This document shows positions 1 to 9,561 of a DNA stretch of 64,000 nt, in pieces. A program made the position numbers and the translations under genes. Below the pieces are notes generated by a model, which made no database searches, was not told the origin of the DNA, and was given only the letters and a program-made list of their open reading frames with translations. Each line of letters opens with the position of its first letter. Positions within the stretch are counted from its first letter, which is position 1. Origin of the DNA: Acidobacteriota bacterium (GTDB taxonomy: Bacteria; Acidobacteriota; UBA890; WLXD01); NCBI GenBank assembly GCA_963666215.2, contig CAXWPL010000004.1:832001-896000 (forward strand), written 5' to 3'.

Positions 1-351
1 TACGCCCTCGAGGCCGGCTGCGTCGTGAGCGACCACGCGAACGAAAAAAATCTGCGAGTTGCGTGGCAACACCGTGGCCCAGCGATAGGGAGGCGCCTCG
101 AGGATGCCCAACGACGTGTCGTTGAGGAAGGCTTCCACGCGCGCGATCTCAGACCGGTTCGGAGATCGCACGAGTGCTTGCACCACGAGCGGGTCGGAGG
201 GGGGTTGATCGGCGAGCGGAGTTACGATCTTCACCTCGGGCTCGAGGCGCGCCGGCACCGCGGCCTGCCTCGCCGGGCTTGCACGCGCGCCCGTAGAGGC
301 GAGCGCGGTTGCAACCGTTAGCAGGAGGCTGAGTCGTCGGGCGTTCCTGAT
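1..351 (-). CDS. Partial secreted protein with N-terminal Ig-like domain; runs off the window, start not resolved
   Basis: Manual minus-strand translation IRNARRLSLLLTVATALAS...PEVKIVTP...IARVEAFLNDTSLGILEAPPYRW...VRVVAHDAAG shows a signal-like stretch and a bacterial Ig-like pattern. There is no in-frame ATG/GTG/TTG between here and the upstream stop. Confidence 0.5.
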   Translation of the reverse strand, partial: MRNARRLSLLLTVATALASTGARASPARQAAVPARLEPEVKIVTPLADQPPSDPLVVQALVRSPNRSEIARVEAFLNDTSLGILEAPPYRWATVLPRNSQIFFVRVVAHDAAGLEGV

Positions 352-439
352 GCCGGTGGCGCGGTACTCACAGTGCTGCCGCGCACCAGCCCCTCGAAGC
401 CGAAGCGCCGGACGGCCGCGAAGATAACCCGCAAGGCTC

Positions 440-2053
440 CTAGATAATCGGGCGGCGCGCGTAGTGATTCCAGCCGAATACTTGCTTGACCGCCATTGCC
501 AGATCAAAGCCTTTGTGCTCGACGGATTCCAGGCATTTGTTGAAGCGTGCGGGGAGAATCGCGTGGCCCTCGAACTCCTCGTTCCACGACCCAACCGAGA
601 CGATCGGCGCCGGCAGCGCGGAAGTTCCGAGGCGATCACCGAACTGTGGCCGAACGAAGCCAGTCAAGTGATGGTCTTGCATCGTTCGCAGGAAGTCGAC
701 GTACATTTTCCGAGTCGTCCAAAGTCGCTTGAGTCCGGTTTTGGCGAATCCCGCCGCGAGGCTGGGGATGATCAGCAGGCGACGTCCGTTGAACCGGTTA
801 CGCATCTCACCTACGGTCGCCCAGTTGCTCTCGTTGAGTCGTTTCTGCAGCTCGACGTAGCGGCCGCAGAGATGGCCGCCATGGGCGATCACGTCCCTCT
901 GCGATGAAGCGTGGTGATACGAGTACAGGGCGTTGAAGTTGACCAACCGACGTAGCCGGTCGTTCCCGAAATGGTCACCTTCCGACAACAAAAGCTCGTC
1001 ACCAACCAGGTAGGGGAGAGTCCCATACTCGTTGCGGAAGCGACGCCGTGCGACTTCCAGGGTGTCGTCGATCCAGTCGAACTCGCCGGTGTTCGGATCG
1101 CGTACGCCCCAGGCGTGTGTCCCGAAGAAGAAGATGACCGGCTTGCCTTCGAGCGTGAAGATACGCGTCTTGGCGGAGGCCTCGGCGAAGTGACGCGCCA
1201 TCAAGATGAAGTCGTTGATCAGCGCGTTGCGGACTTCCAGCTTGTTGAAATCGACGCGCTTCCCCGGTCCTGGCGATCCCAAATTGATGCCTGCCTCGTA
1301 GAGGAGCGCCATGTACCGCGTGCGCGCGTTCCTGGCCTGTAGGTACCCGCTGGTGTAGTTTTGCCAGATCGAGCGCCGCACGGTGGGGCTGATCCAGCTG
1401 AGGGCGTCTACGGTCACCCCGAACTCGTTCTTGAGCCGGTTGAAGCGCCATTCCACAGCAGGGTCGGAAGACGCGTAGTCGCCTTCCAGATATCCTACCG
1501 TCAGCGTCTTCCGGTTGCGCTTGGCTTTGCGGTACCAGCCGTAGTGCCAGGCCACGGTGATGGGGCGCTTGCTGGTCGACGAGGTGGTCGCTGGCGCCTG
1601 ACGCGTAAACTCGCGGTAGGCATTGAGATCGGTCTCGCCAACCCGCCCGCGAGCGAAGAGGTCGGCGCGATAGTCATAGCCCTTGTTCGGTTTGACGCTG
1701 TATCCGCGGCTGCGATCGAGCGACGCGAGGATCAGTTGCTCGTCGCTGGGCGAGAGCCTGCCGTCGCCATCGACGTCAGCCAGATAGGGCACCAAGCCGA
1801 GCGCCTGGGCCCGAGCGAGGTCGGGGCTGGCGAGGTTGCCCAAGAGCGCGCCGAGCGGCGCGCCGCCGAGGCCGAGCGCTGCGCCCAGGCCTGTGCCGGC
1901 GGTGCGGAGGACTTGGCGGCGCGAGCATTGCCCGCGAGCGCTTGGGGGAAGCCAGGCTCTGTTCACAAAGGTCGGCTGCGGTCCGTCGATTCGTGGAGCA
2001 AGGCGCGGCGGTTCAGCGCAAGCCCTCCCGGAGTGATCAGGCTCGCGCCCCAT
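440..2053 (-). CDS. Tat-exported dockerin-like + GH99/GH71-like glycoside hydrolase
   Basis: SRRQVL twin-arginine plus hydrophobic stretch; Ca-loop DVDGDGRLSPSD and a second DLFARGRVGETD; WHYGWY and VGSWNEEFEGH resemble GH99 ExxE motifs. The true start may be GTG at 1966. Confidence 0.6.
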   Translation of the reverse strand: MGREPDHSGRACAEPPRLAPRIDGPQPTFVNRAWLPPSARGQCSRRQVLRTAGTGLGAALGLGGAPLGALLGNLASPDLARAQALGLVPYLADVDGDGRLSPSDEQLILASLDRSRGYSVKPNKGYDYRADLFARGRVGETDLNAYREFTRQAPATTSSTSKRPITVAWHYGWYRKAKRNRKTLTVGYLEGDYASSDPAVEWRFNRLKNEFGVTVDALSWISPTVRRSIWQNYTSGYLQARNARTRYMALLYEAGINLGSPGPGKRVDFNKLEVRNALINDFILMARHFAEASAKTRIFTLEGKPVIFFFGTHAWGVRDPNTGEFDWIDDTLEVARRRFRNEYGTLPYLVGDELLLSEGDHFGNDRLRRLVNFNALYSYHHASSQRDVIAHGGHLCGRYVELQKRLNESNWATVGEMRNRFNGRRLLIIPSLAAGFAKTGLKRLWTTRKMYVDFLRTMQDHHLTGFVRPQFGDRLGTSALPAPIVSVGSWNEEFEGHAILPARFNKCLESVEHKGFDLAMAVKQVFGWNHYARRPII

Positions 2054-2262
2054 TGTCCGGCTGGCGCTCTGGGGGAGTCGGCCCAGCTTCTGGTTCGAGG
2101 TTGAATCTATAAAAGTTCGTGATGGGACGCAATTTTGTACCGCGAGTCACGCGTTGTCGTCAAGGTGGGCGGCAGATAACGTGTAAGTCGGTGCGGCGCG
2201 TGCGGCTAGCTGCGCCGGGTGGAGCTGCTGGCGGATGTTGACCTCGCGTGCGTGGCGGAGGG

Positions 2263-4530
2263 TTATCCTTCGTAGTAGCGGCGCGGGATCCAGCTCCATC
2301 CCGATCCCGCCGACGCAGCGGCGCCGGGCGCCGCCTGATCGAGCACTTCGAGCGCCGCTTCCACGACGTCGTTCGTGGACAGCACGGTAGCCTTCTCGAG
2401 CGCTGGGGACTGCCCGACCCCCGGGACGTTCTTCTGCCCGACCGCGCGGGTTGGCAGAGCGGGAAAACGCTCGACTGCGGCGCCCTGGATTGCGCGCACA
2501 AACCCAGCGAACGGGCGGTCCTCCGAGGCGACGACCAGCCGCCCGGTGCGTTCGACGCTCTCGAAGACCGCATCGAGATCGGGCGGCACGAGCGTGCGTA
2601 GATCGATCACTTCGGCGTCGATGCCGTCGCGCTCGAGCTCGCCGGCGGCCTCGAGCGAGGTCCACACGGCACGACCCCAGGCGACGATGGTGACGTCGTT
2701 ACCCGATCGGCGCGTGGCCGCTTTCGAGAACGGCACGCGAATCGACGAGTCAATATCGGGCACCTCTCCACGCATGATCGACTTCTTGAGCTTCTCGACA
2801 CTCTCGGCGTCGGCGGCCTCGTCTGGAAAGGCGCGGCCGAGCGCGAGGCGGTAGAGCCACTTGGGGTCGAGAACAATTGTCGGCCCGCGATACTCGGCGG
2901 CCGTCATCAGCAGGCCGTAGACGTCGTAGCTCGACGACGGCATGACGATGACCAACCCGGGAATCGACGCCAGGTAACTGTCGAGGCTCATCGAGTGGTA
3001 GATGGCCCCACCGCCAAAGGGGTCGACCGGCATCCTCAAGATCACGTGCGAGGTCGCCTGGCCGTTCGACGACCACCGCAGGTTGCCGAGGTGGACGAAC
3101 CAATGGAACGCGTTCAGGGAGTAGTCGCCGAACTGGATCTCCGGGACAGCGATGAGGTCGTCGTGCAGACCGGCGCCGCAGGCCGTCCCGATGATCAGCG
3201 GCTCGTTGAGCGGCGCGTCGATGACACGGTCGGGGTGCTTGGCCTTGAGTCCGGCCGTGGCCGTCATGACGCCACCCAATCGCGCGACGTCCTGGCCCCA
3301 AATCACTCCGTTGTGGTTGCCGACAATCTGGTCGAGCGCGGCGCGGACAGCGCCGGCATAGCTGATGTTCGTGGTCGCGTCCCCGTCCTCGGAGGCTTCC
3401 TCAACGCTCGGAAACGGCGCATAGATCTCCTCGTAGATCGAGTCGGCCGGCGGATCGGGCTCAGCGCGTACCCGTTGGATCAAGGCGCGCACGCTCTCGA
3501 TCTGTTCCTCCATCAGCTTGCCGGGTGTGTGGTGAGCGAAGAAGTCACGTCCGGTACCCTCTTTGCGGCGCAGGATGTCCTCGATTGCGAGGTGGTTGTG
3601 CAGCACCAGCTTCTCGCCGAACGCGATCAATGGATCCTGCTGTGAAAGGTCGAAGGTGACGTCGGCTGCCGAGCTGTGACCGTTGAAGCGCGGCAGGTTC
3701 TGAACGTGCAGGACGACGGCGGTTTGGTTGTCTTTCACGTGGCCGGCGACCGCTTTCGTCGTCCGAAAGACGTCCCAGAAATCGCGCCCATCACACTCGA
3801 AGTGCTCCAGCCCGAACGCCCGAGCGTAGGCGGCGTAGTCCTTGATGCCCTGGCCTTCTTCCGGGGTGGTGCTGATGGCGACGTTGTTGTCGGTGACCAT
3901 GATGATCAGCGGCAGCTTCCACACGCTGGCCGCGTTCATTGCCTCGTGCAGGTCGCTTTCCGCTGTCGTGCCGTCGCCGATGATCGCTATCGCGACGCCG
4001 TCTTCGATTCCTTTGACCTTCATGCCCATGGCGTACCCGGCGGCCTTGCCGAGCTGCATGCCAACCGGGCTCTGGATGGGCAGGACCCCGATCTCGGGGT
4101 AGTAGTGGTGATTCACCATCTGTCGGCCGCGACTCAGCGGGTCGGTGTCCTTGGAGAACTGCTGCCGCAAGATGTCGGCCGTAAAGTTCTCGTGCCCGTT
4201 GAGCTCACACCACATGCTCACCAAGGCGCCCGAGCGATAGTGCGGGATTATGCCGAAGTGCTCCACGTTGACGACCTTCGACAGCGCGAGGGCGGTTGCG
4301 ACGCCATGAACCTCTTCGCCGGGGCCCCAGATCGCGAACTTCACCTCGCCGCGGCTGACCAGACGGACGATGTACTCCTCCGCCGTACGAGATCGAATCG
4401 CTACCCGATAGGCCCGGACGAGCTCGTCGGACTGCAAACCGGTCTCTGACTCTGGCTTGTTACTCGGAACACCACGCGCGGGCGGGGATTGGAGTTTTCG
4501 CGGACGCCTCCACTGGATCCGTATGCTCAT
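2263..4530 (-). CDS. Fused E1 alpha/beta 2-oxoacid (branched-chain/pyruvate-type) dehydrogenase, TPP-dependent
   Basis: TPP motif GDGTTAESDLHEAMNAASVWKLP...DN, GHS phosphorylation loop, beta-subunit motifs GQDV..GGV, DAPLNE, EIQFGDY, EVIDLRTLVP. Confidence 0.9.
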   Translation of the reverse strand: MSIRIQWRRPRKLQSPPARGVPSNKPESETGLQSDELVRAYRVAIRSRTAEEYIVRLVSRGEVKFAIWGPGEEVHGVATALALSKVVNVEHFGIIPHYRSGALVSMWCELNGHENFTADILRQQFSKDTDPLSRGRQMVNHHYYPEIGVLPIQSPVGMQLGKAAGYAMGMKVKGIEDGVAIAIIGDGTTAESDLHEAMNAASVWKLPLIIMVTDNNVAISTTPEEGQGIKDYAAYARAFGLEHFECDGRDFWDVFRTTKAVAGHVKDNQTAVVLHVQNLPRFNGHSSAADVTFDLSQQDPLIAFGEKLVLHNHLAIEDILRRKEGTGRDFFAHHTPGKLMEEQIESVRALIQRVRAEPDPPADSIYEEIYAPFPSVEEASEDGDATTNISYAGAVRAALDQIVGNHNGVIWGQDVARLGGVMTATAGLKAKHPDRVIDAPLNEPLIIGTACGAGLHDDLIAVPEIQFGDYSLNAFHWFVHLGNLRWSSNGQATSHVILRMPVDPFGGGAIYHSMSLDSYLASIPGLVIVMPSSSYDVYGLLMTAAEYRGPTIVLDPKWLYRLALGRAFPDEAADAESVEKLKKSIMRGEVPDIDSSIRVPFSKAATRRSGNDVTIVAWGRAVWTSLEAAGELERDGIDAEVIDLRTLVPPDLDAVFESVERTGRLVVASEDRPFAGFVRAIQGAAVERFPALPTRAVGQKNVPGVGQSPALEKATVLSTNDVVEAALEVLDQAAPGAAASAGSGWSWIPRRYYEG

Positions 4531-4740
4531 CGCCCACACCTGGGGTTGCGACAGGCCGACGGTGACCGTCAGGGGCTGCTGCGGTCCGCCCGTCGCGTGC
4601 GAAGGGAAATGCTAGCGTTGAAAATTGCAGAAGCAGCGAGTATATCAATGACGCGGAAAAGCGAAGCGGGCGCCGCGCCCCCCATTGCGCGACGCCCACT
4701 CCGTGGTCGCCAAAACGAGCGACCCTGGACAGCTTCTGAA

Positions 4741-5436
4741 TCAGTCGCTGAGCTTCACGTTGAGCTCGAGCGTCGGATCGACGATCGCCGCGCGCCGGGT
4801 GTAATCAAAGGCATGCCGCACGTAGAGCGGGTAGACGCCGGCGCCGCCGAAGCCGCCGACAATGCGGTACTCGCCGCGCAGCAGCGCGAAACCGAGCTGC
4901 ACCTCGCCGTATGCATTCGTGAAGGCGTGCTCGCGGCCGTTGGTGAAGTACGACCAGCGCTCGCCGGAGCCGCCGCCGTTGAAGATTCCTCGCATGCTGT
5001 CGGGGCGGCCGAGCGTCACCCACACGCGCCCACGGTCCGATCTCCAGCCGCGTGGGAACTGCGCGAATCGGTCGTTGGCGGCGGCCACGCGTTCGTAGAA
5101 GGCGATCTTGAACGGATTCTTCGTGGTCGTGGAGTCGTCGTCGCGGCGGTCCCAGAACCAGCGAATGAAGGCAACCCGATCGGCCGACGTGCCCAACTTC
5201 TTCCAGACCTCGCGCTCGGACTTCAACGCCAGGTACTCAACGGGGCCATCCATCCACTGGTCGATGTCGCCCTCGTAGTACGCCATCGCCTCGGCACCGA
5301 TCGTCGGGAACTCGTTGAAGCCGGCCGTAGCTCCCGCGGCGGGCATTGCGGCGGCGACAACTGAGGCCACCGCGAAGCTCAGCGCGGTGCGAAACGTGAG
5401 GGATTTGCGAATCCAGGTCCTTCTGTTGCTACGCAT
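4741..5436 (-). CDS. GWxTD domain-containing secreted protein
   Basis: FWDRRD, FYERVAAANDRF, GWRSDRGRVWVTLGRPD; signal peptide; GGAGGT SD before ATG 5436. Confidence 0.85.
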   Translation of the reverse strand: MRSNRRTWIRKSLTFRTALSFAVASVVAAAMPAAGATAGFNEFPTIGAEAMAYYEGDIDQWMDGPVEYLALKSEREVWKKLGTSADRVAFIRWFWDRRDDDSTTTKNPFKIAFYERVAAANDRFAQFPRGWRSDRGRVWVTLGRPDSMRGIFNGGGSGERWSYFTNGREHAFTNAYGEVQLGFALLRGEYRIVGGFGGAGVYPLYVRHAFDYTRRAAIVDPTLELNVKLSD

Positions 5437-5559
5437 CGTCGTACCTCCGGGCGCTTCGGTTGATCTGGGGTTGAGGGAACGTAACGGTCGGGGCGGGTAC
5501 CCTTTCCAGGACCTCGACCGTCGGGCAGCGGCCAGCTGAGGCTGACTGCCGATGCACAC

Positions 5560-5575
5560 AGCAATATGTGTGCCA
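5560..5575 (-). promoter_or_regulatory. Putative sigma-54 (-24/-12) promoter for the GWxTD gene
   Basis: Minus strand TGGCACACATATTGCT has exact GG-N10-GC spacing, about 125 nt upstream of ATG 5436. Confidence 0.65.
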
Positions 5576-5874
5576 CCCGACTCCAAAAAGTTTCCAGGCG
5601 ACAGTTAGACGGCACGGGGGGCGGACACAGGCCACGAGAGGTAGTTGTGGGGACGTCAATGACGACGTCGGGGCGAGAGATGGCCGCTCGGCTCCAGGGC
5701 CATGGGCCGGCGTTATACCGACGCATGTCCAAATACCGACACTCCTATCTCGGCCCGACTGTCGTCGGGACGACACGGCCGTGGCGACGCCCAAACCAGC
5801 TCACGCTCGCTGCTGCGGCGGCAGCCCAAGGCGGGCTTAGTGGTCGATTCTTTCCACTAGAATGGGCCGCACTC

Positions 5875-7809
5875 ATGACACGATTTCTGCAGAAGCTGCG
5901 GCTGGCCCCGGCGACCGCCAGCGAACCCGTGCTCGTGGGGCTGCTCGTGTTGCTGGCTTTGCTGGTTGTTTCGCGGGGCCCCACGTCGATGAGCGGCGGC
6001 GCGCCTCACTACCTGGCGATCAGCCATTCGCTGGTCTACGACCTCGATCTCGACCTGACCAACCAGTATTCCGAGTCCGACAGCACATACGTCTTTCGTC
6101 CCGAAAGCGGCGGCACCCACCTCGTCGCTGGCCGTGACGGTGGCCTCTATCCGGTGCGCGACCTGGGGTTGCCGTTGCTGCTGACGCCGGGCCTGGCGGT
6201 ACTCGATTTCATCGTCTGGACGATTCCCGAGCCGGCGCTGCGCGCGGCTCGCTGGAGCCGTGCGAACGCGCTCCGCGACCTGCTATCGATGCTCATGCTG
6301 TTGCTCTACGGGTTGACCGCCACGCTGGCTCTGCGGACGACTCAACGGCTCGCTAGCGACGAGAGCGGGGCGCGCTTCGGTTGGTGGGCAACTCTGGTGG
6401 CGTTCGCGACACCACCCTTGCTGCCACTCTCGATTCTGATGTTCCCGGAGGTACCGGTGGCCTTGCTCGCCGTTGCCTTCCAGCTCGAAAGCCTCCGAAG
6501 TCGCCCGCGGCTGTGGCTGCAGCTCAGCCTGATCGCGGCCTTTCCTTGGATGGGCTTGCGCTACACGCTGATCGCCGCCGTGGCGCTCGCCTGGCTCGTC
6601 CTCAGAAACCCGCGTGTGTTTTCGAAGAGCAAGTCCGAGCTTGCCATCCCGCTGGGATCTGCGGCGCTGCTTCTCTTTTCCAGCTGGTGGATGTACGGCT
6701 CATGGCTTCCTTGGGCGCGCTATGCCGATCCGGTAGAGACGAGGACGTTCTGGCTGCTGATGTTCCACGCGCTCGGGCTCTTGGCCGATCCCTTCTTCGG
6801 TCTGCTCATGGTGGCCCCCTTCTGGTTGATCGCATTTGCCGGTGTGCAGGAAACGTGGGGGCGGCGGCGCGGTGCCGCGGTGTTCGGCCTGGCCACCTTC
6901 GCACTGCTGTTCGCTTCGGCCGCTCTGCGTCAGGGTTGGTGGGGTGGATACTCCCCCTCGGCACGCCTGCTGGCGCCGGCGCTGCCTGTTCTCGTTCCGA
7001 TGCTCGCGGTCGGCCTGGCTCGACTGTGGCACGGGTGGAAGCGTTTGTTGATCGTCGGCACCGTAGGCTGGGCGACCGTCTTGTCCGGCGTCCTGGTGTA
7101 CGAGCCGATCAATCTCTGGAGCGACGCCGAGCGCGGCAGGTCATTGCTCTCACCCGCTTTCGCTGGCTATCCGCTGGCCCAGTCGGATGCGCCGCGCGCC
7201 TGGGTGCTTGTGCGTCCACCTCCGGTCGATCCGCCGCTCGGCTTGGCGGTGCACCGCGGGAATCTGAAAGCCGTATTGCGTGCGTTGACCGACGGTGACG
7301 ACGTAGACGCGGCCACCAGCACCGGGGAAACGCCCCTGATGGCCGCGGCGTCCGACGCCCGTGGTGGCATTCTTCGGGCATTACTCGATGGCGGGGCCGA
7401 CCCGGCGCTCGCGGATCTCGACGGCTGGACTGCGCTCATGCTCGCGGCTCGCAACGGCAACACCGACGCCGTCAAGCAGCTGCTCGACGCGGGGGCCGAC
7501 GCTCGGGCCGCCTCCCTTCTCGGTTGGACCGCCTTGATGTGGGCGGCCCAGGGCGGACATCGTGGCATCGTCGACGCGTTGCTCAGCGCCGGGGCAGCTG
7601 TCGATCAGGCGCGCGCAGACGGCACGACCGCCCTCGCTCTCGCGGTTCAGCGAGCACACGAGGGGGTCGTAGCCAGCCTGCTCGCGGCCGGGGCCGATCC
7701 TCGGTACCGCTCCACCGGGCCGGCGCCCCTCGATTGGGCCTCGGCCGCCGACAACAGGCGGCTGGTTCGCACTCTGCGTGCGGCCGCTCGCGACGAGGGG
7801 GCCGCATGA
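5875..7809 (+). CDS. Multi-TM GT-C-like glycosyltransferase fused to C-terminal ankyrin repeats
   Basis: About 10 hydrophobic helices; PHYLAISHSLVYDLDLDLTNQY loop; WWGGYSPSARLL; 4-5 ankyrin repeats (GETPLMAA, GWTALMLAA, GWTALMWAA, GTTALALA). Confidence 0.7.
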   Translation: MTRFLQKLRLAPATASEPVLVGLLVLLALLVVSRGPTSMSGGAPHYLAISHSLVYDLDLDLTNQYSESDSTYVFRPESGGTHLVAGRDGGLYPVRDLGLPLLLTPGLAVLDFIVWTIPEPALRAARWSRANALRDLLSMLMLLLYGLTATLALRTTQRLASDESGARFGWWATLVAFATPPLLPLSILMFPEVPVALLAVAFQLESLRSRPRLWLQLSLIAAFPWMGLRYTLIAAVALAWLVLRNPRVFSKSKSELAIPLGSAALLLFSSWWMYGSWLPWARYADPVETRTFWLLMFHALGLLADPFFGLLMVAPFWLIAFAGVQETWGRRRGAAVFGLATFALLFASAALRQGWWGGYSPSARLLAPALPVLVPMLAVGLARLWHGWKRLLIVGTVGWATVLSGVLVYEPINLWSDAERGRSLLSPAFAGYPLAQSDAPRAWVLVRPPPVDPPLGLAVHRGNLKAVLRALTDGDDVDAATSTGETPLMAAASDARGGILRALLDGGADPALADLDGWTALMLAARNGNTDAVKQLLDAGADARAASLLGWTALMWAAQGGHRGIVDALLSAGAAVDQARADGTTALALAVQRAHEGVVASLLAAGADPRYRSTGPAPLDWASAADNRRLVRTLRAAARDEGAA

Positions 7810-8855
7810 GTCGCGGGCGCGCACTGGCCGGCAACCTGGCACTGGCGGCGGCGACGCTCGTGGTGACCATAATGGTTGCCGAGTTGGCGTTGCGCGTTGT
7901 TGGCTACGCCTACTCCCCGTTGCACATCGAGATCATCGGCGGCGACGCACGGGTGCAGCACGTTTTCGAGGACGGCCACTTCGAGTACGACGCGGAGCTC
8001 ATCTGGCGCCCTCGTGCCGGCCGCTCAGTATTCAATCTCCAGGGTTTTCGGGGTGCCGATCTGGAGCAGCCGAAGCCAACGAACGCCTACCGTATCTTCA
8101 CGGTCGGCGACTCCAATACTCTCGGCTGGGCCGGTGATCGAGGCCCGAATTGGCCGCAGTACCTGGGCGAACTGCTAGCCGACGCCGGCGGAGTGACGAT
8201 CCAGGACTCAGATCAGCCTGCCGCGGTGACGGTCACCAACGCCGGGGTCTGGGGTTACACCGCGTTTCAGGGATACCGACGCTTCCAACAAACACTGCAG
8301 TACGAGCCAGACATGGTTCTGGTGAGCTTCGGCGCCAACGACGCGCACCGCGTTGCCTACGCCGACTCCGAGTTCGAGCTCAGCCGGCTCCGCTCGTCCC
8401 GACTCGATCAGATGTTGTCTCGCGTGCGCCTCGGCCACGTGCTGCTGGCGCTTCTGGATCGTTCTTCCGCCACAGTCGAGGCCGACCTGCGTCCGCGTGT
8501 CGGGCTCGACAGCTATCGCGATCTCCTGACCGCGATGGTTCGAGAAGCTCGTGAGCGCGATATCCGCGTCGTCTTGCTGACGCGGCCTTACATAGGAGCC
8601 ATCCGAGGGCCGATGTTGTGGAAGAACTTCGCTCGCGACTACGCCGTCGCAACGGCGGAGGTCGCGGCGGCCGAGTCGGTACCGCTCATCGACATCTATT
8701 CGGTGTTCCGCGAGCAAGAAGAGCTGTTCGAGGACGAGTCGCACTTCACCGAGGAAGGCCACCGACGCGCCGCGCGCGCGGTGTATGAGGCAGTTCGCAC
8801 CGAGCTGTGGCGGGCTGGTCGTTGGCGAGCGCGGACGACCGAACTCGACCCGTAG
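7806..8855 (+). CDS. Membrane-anchored SGNH/GDSL hydrolase
   Basis: VGDSNT, NAGVWGY, FGANDA, DESHF blocks; ATGA overlap with upstream stop. Confidence 0.85.
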   Translation: MSRGRALAGNLALAAATLVVTIMVAELALRVVGYAYSPLHIEIIGGDARVQHVFEDGHFEYDAELIWRPRAGRSVFNLQGFRGADLEQPKPTNAYRIFTVGDSNTLGWAGDRGPNWPQYLGELLADAGGVTIQDSDQPAAVTVTNAGVWGYTAFQGYRRFQQTLQYEPDMVLVSFGANDAHRVAYADSEFELSRLRSSRLDQMLSRVRLGHVLLALLDRSSATVEADLRPRVGLDSYRDLLTAMVREARERDIRVVLLTRPYIGAIRGPMLWKNFARDYAVATAEVAAAESVPLIDIYSVFREQEELFEDESHFTEEGHRRAARAVYEAVRTELWRAGRWRARTTELDP

Positions 8856-9029
8856 TCGCGATCCCGAGCACGGCGGGTCGTGTTGCTGCCCAGGCACGGC
8901 CAACCCCGCGGACGCCAAGTCCGCCACACCTCGAGCGCAGCACGACTCCAGGGGGTCCGCTGCCCGTTTCGCTAGCCGCTTGTCGGCTCGATCACGCTTC
9001 TCCTTGCCGTTCTCGGTCTTCGTGACGCG

Positions 9030-9100
9030 TTTTTAGTTGTCAAACCATGCTCAAACATTTATAAAACTTCTATTAGATGTTTAAACATACTAAAATATCT
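9030..9100. promoter_or_regulatory. AT-rich promoter/operator region with 12-bp palindrome ATGTTTAAACAT (9077-9088)
   Basis: Strong local AT enrichment, a perfect palindrome and repeated CAAAC(C)AT half-sites, upstream of the 9157 operon. Confidence 0.55.
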
Positions 9101-9156
9101 TGCGACACACCACACACCACGACATCTTCGCGGATCCAGCAGGAGTTCCTGTCTCG

Positions 9157-9561
9157 ATGGGCCTCAACTGGCAGGCGATGCCGGCTTGCGGCCGCGTCGC
9201 GTTCACTCTCTGTTTTCTCGCTGCGGCTGCAGCGTGTGCTCGATCGACGCCGGAGCTCCTGCTCGAGGTGCCGGCCGAGCTGCAAGGCACGTGGCGCGCC
9301 GAGGATGCCGACTGGGAAGGCGCCTACCTGGACTTTCGCGCGCTGTTCGTCGAGATCGGTCGGGTTGACGGCGACTCCGACCTCTATCCAGTGGTTGGAG
9401 TCACGGTGGACGCGCAGCCCCGCGTCAGCTTTTACGACGTGCACTACAGCGACTCGTCGGGTGGAAAGTACGCGCTGCGTGTGCTGATTGATTCGCGCGA
9501 GCCGCAGGTTCTCATGATGCAGAACCGTCGGCATGTCGGCTGGCGTCGGGAGGCCGTGTGA
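9157..9561 (+). CDS. Hypothetical lipoprotein
   Basis: AGGAG SD at 9141; hydrophobic stretch ending AAAC (lipobox-like); GTGA overlap with next gene. Confidence 0.6.
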   Translation: MGLNWQAMPACGRVAFTLCFLAAAAACARSTPELLLEVPAELQGTWRAEDADWEGAYLDFRALFVEIGRVDGDSDLYPVVGVTVDAQPRVSFYDVHYSDSSGGKYALRVLIDSREPQVLMMQNRRHVGWRREAV

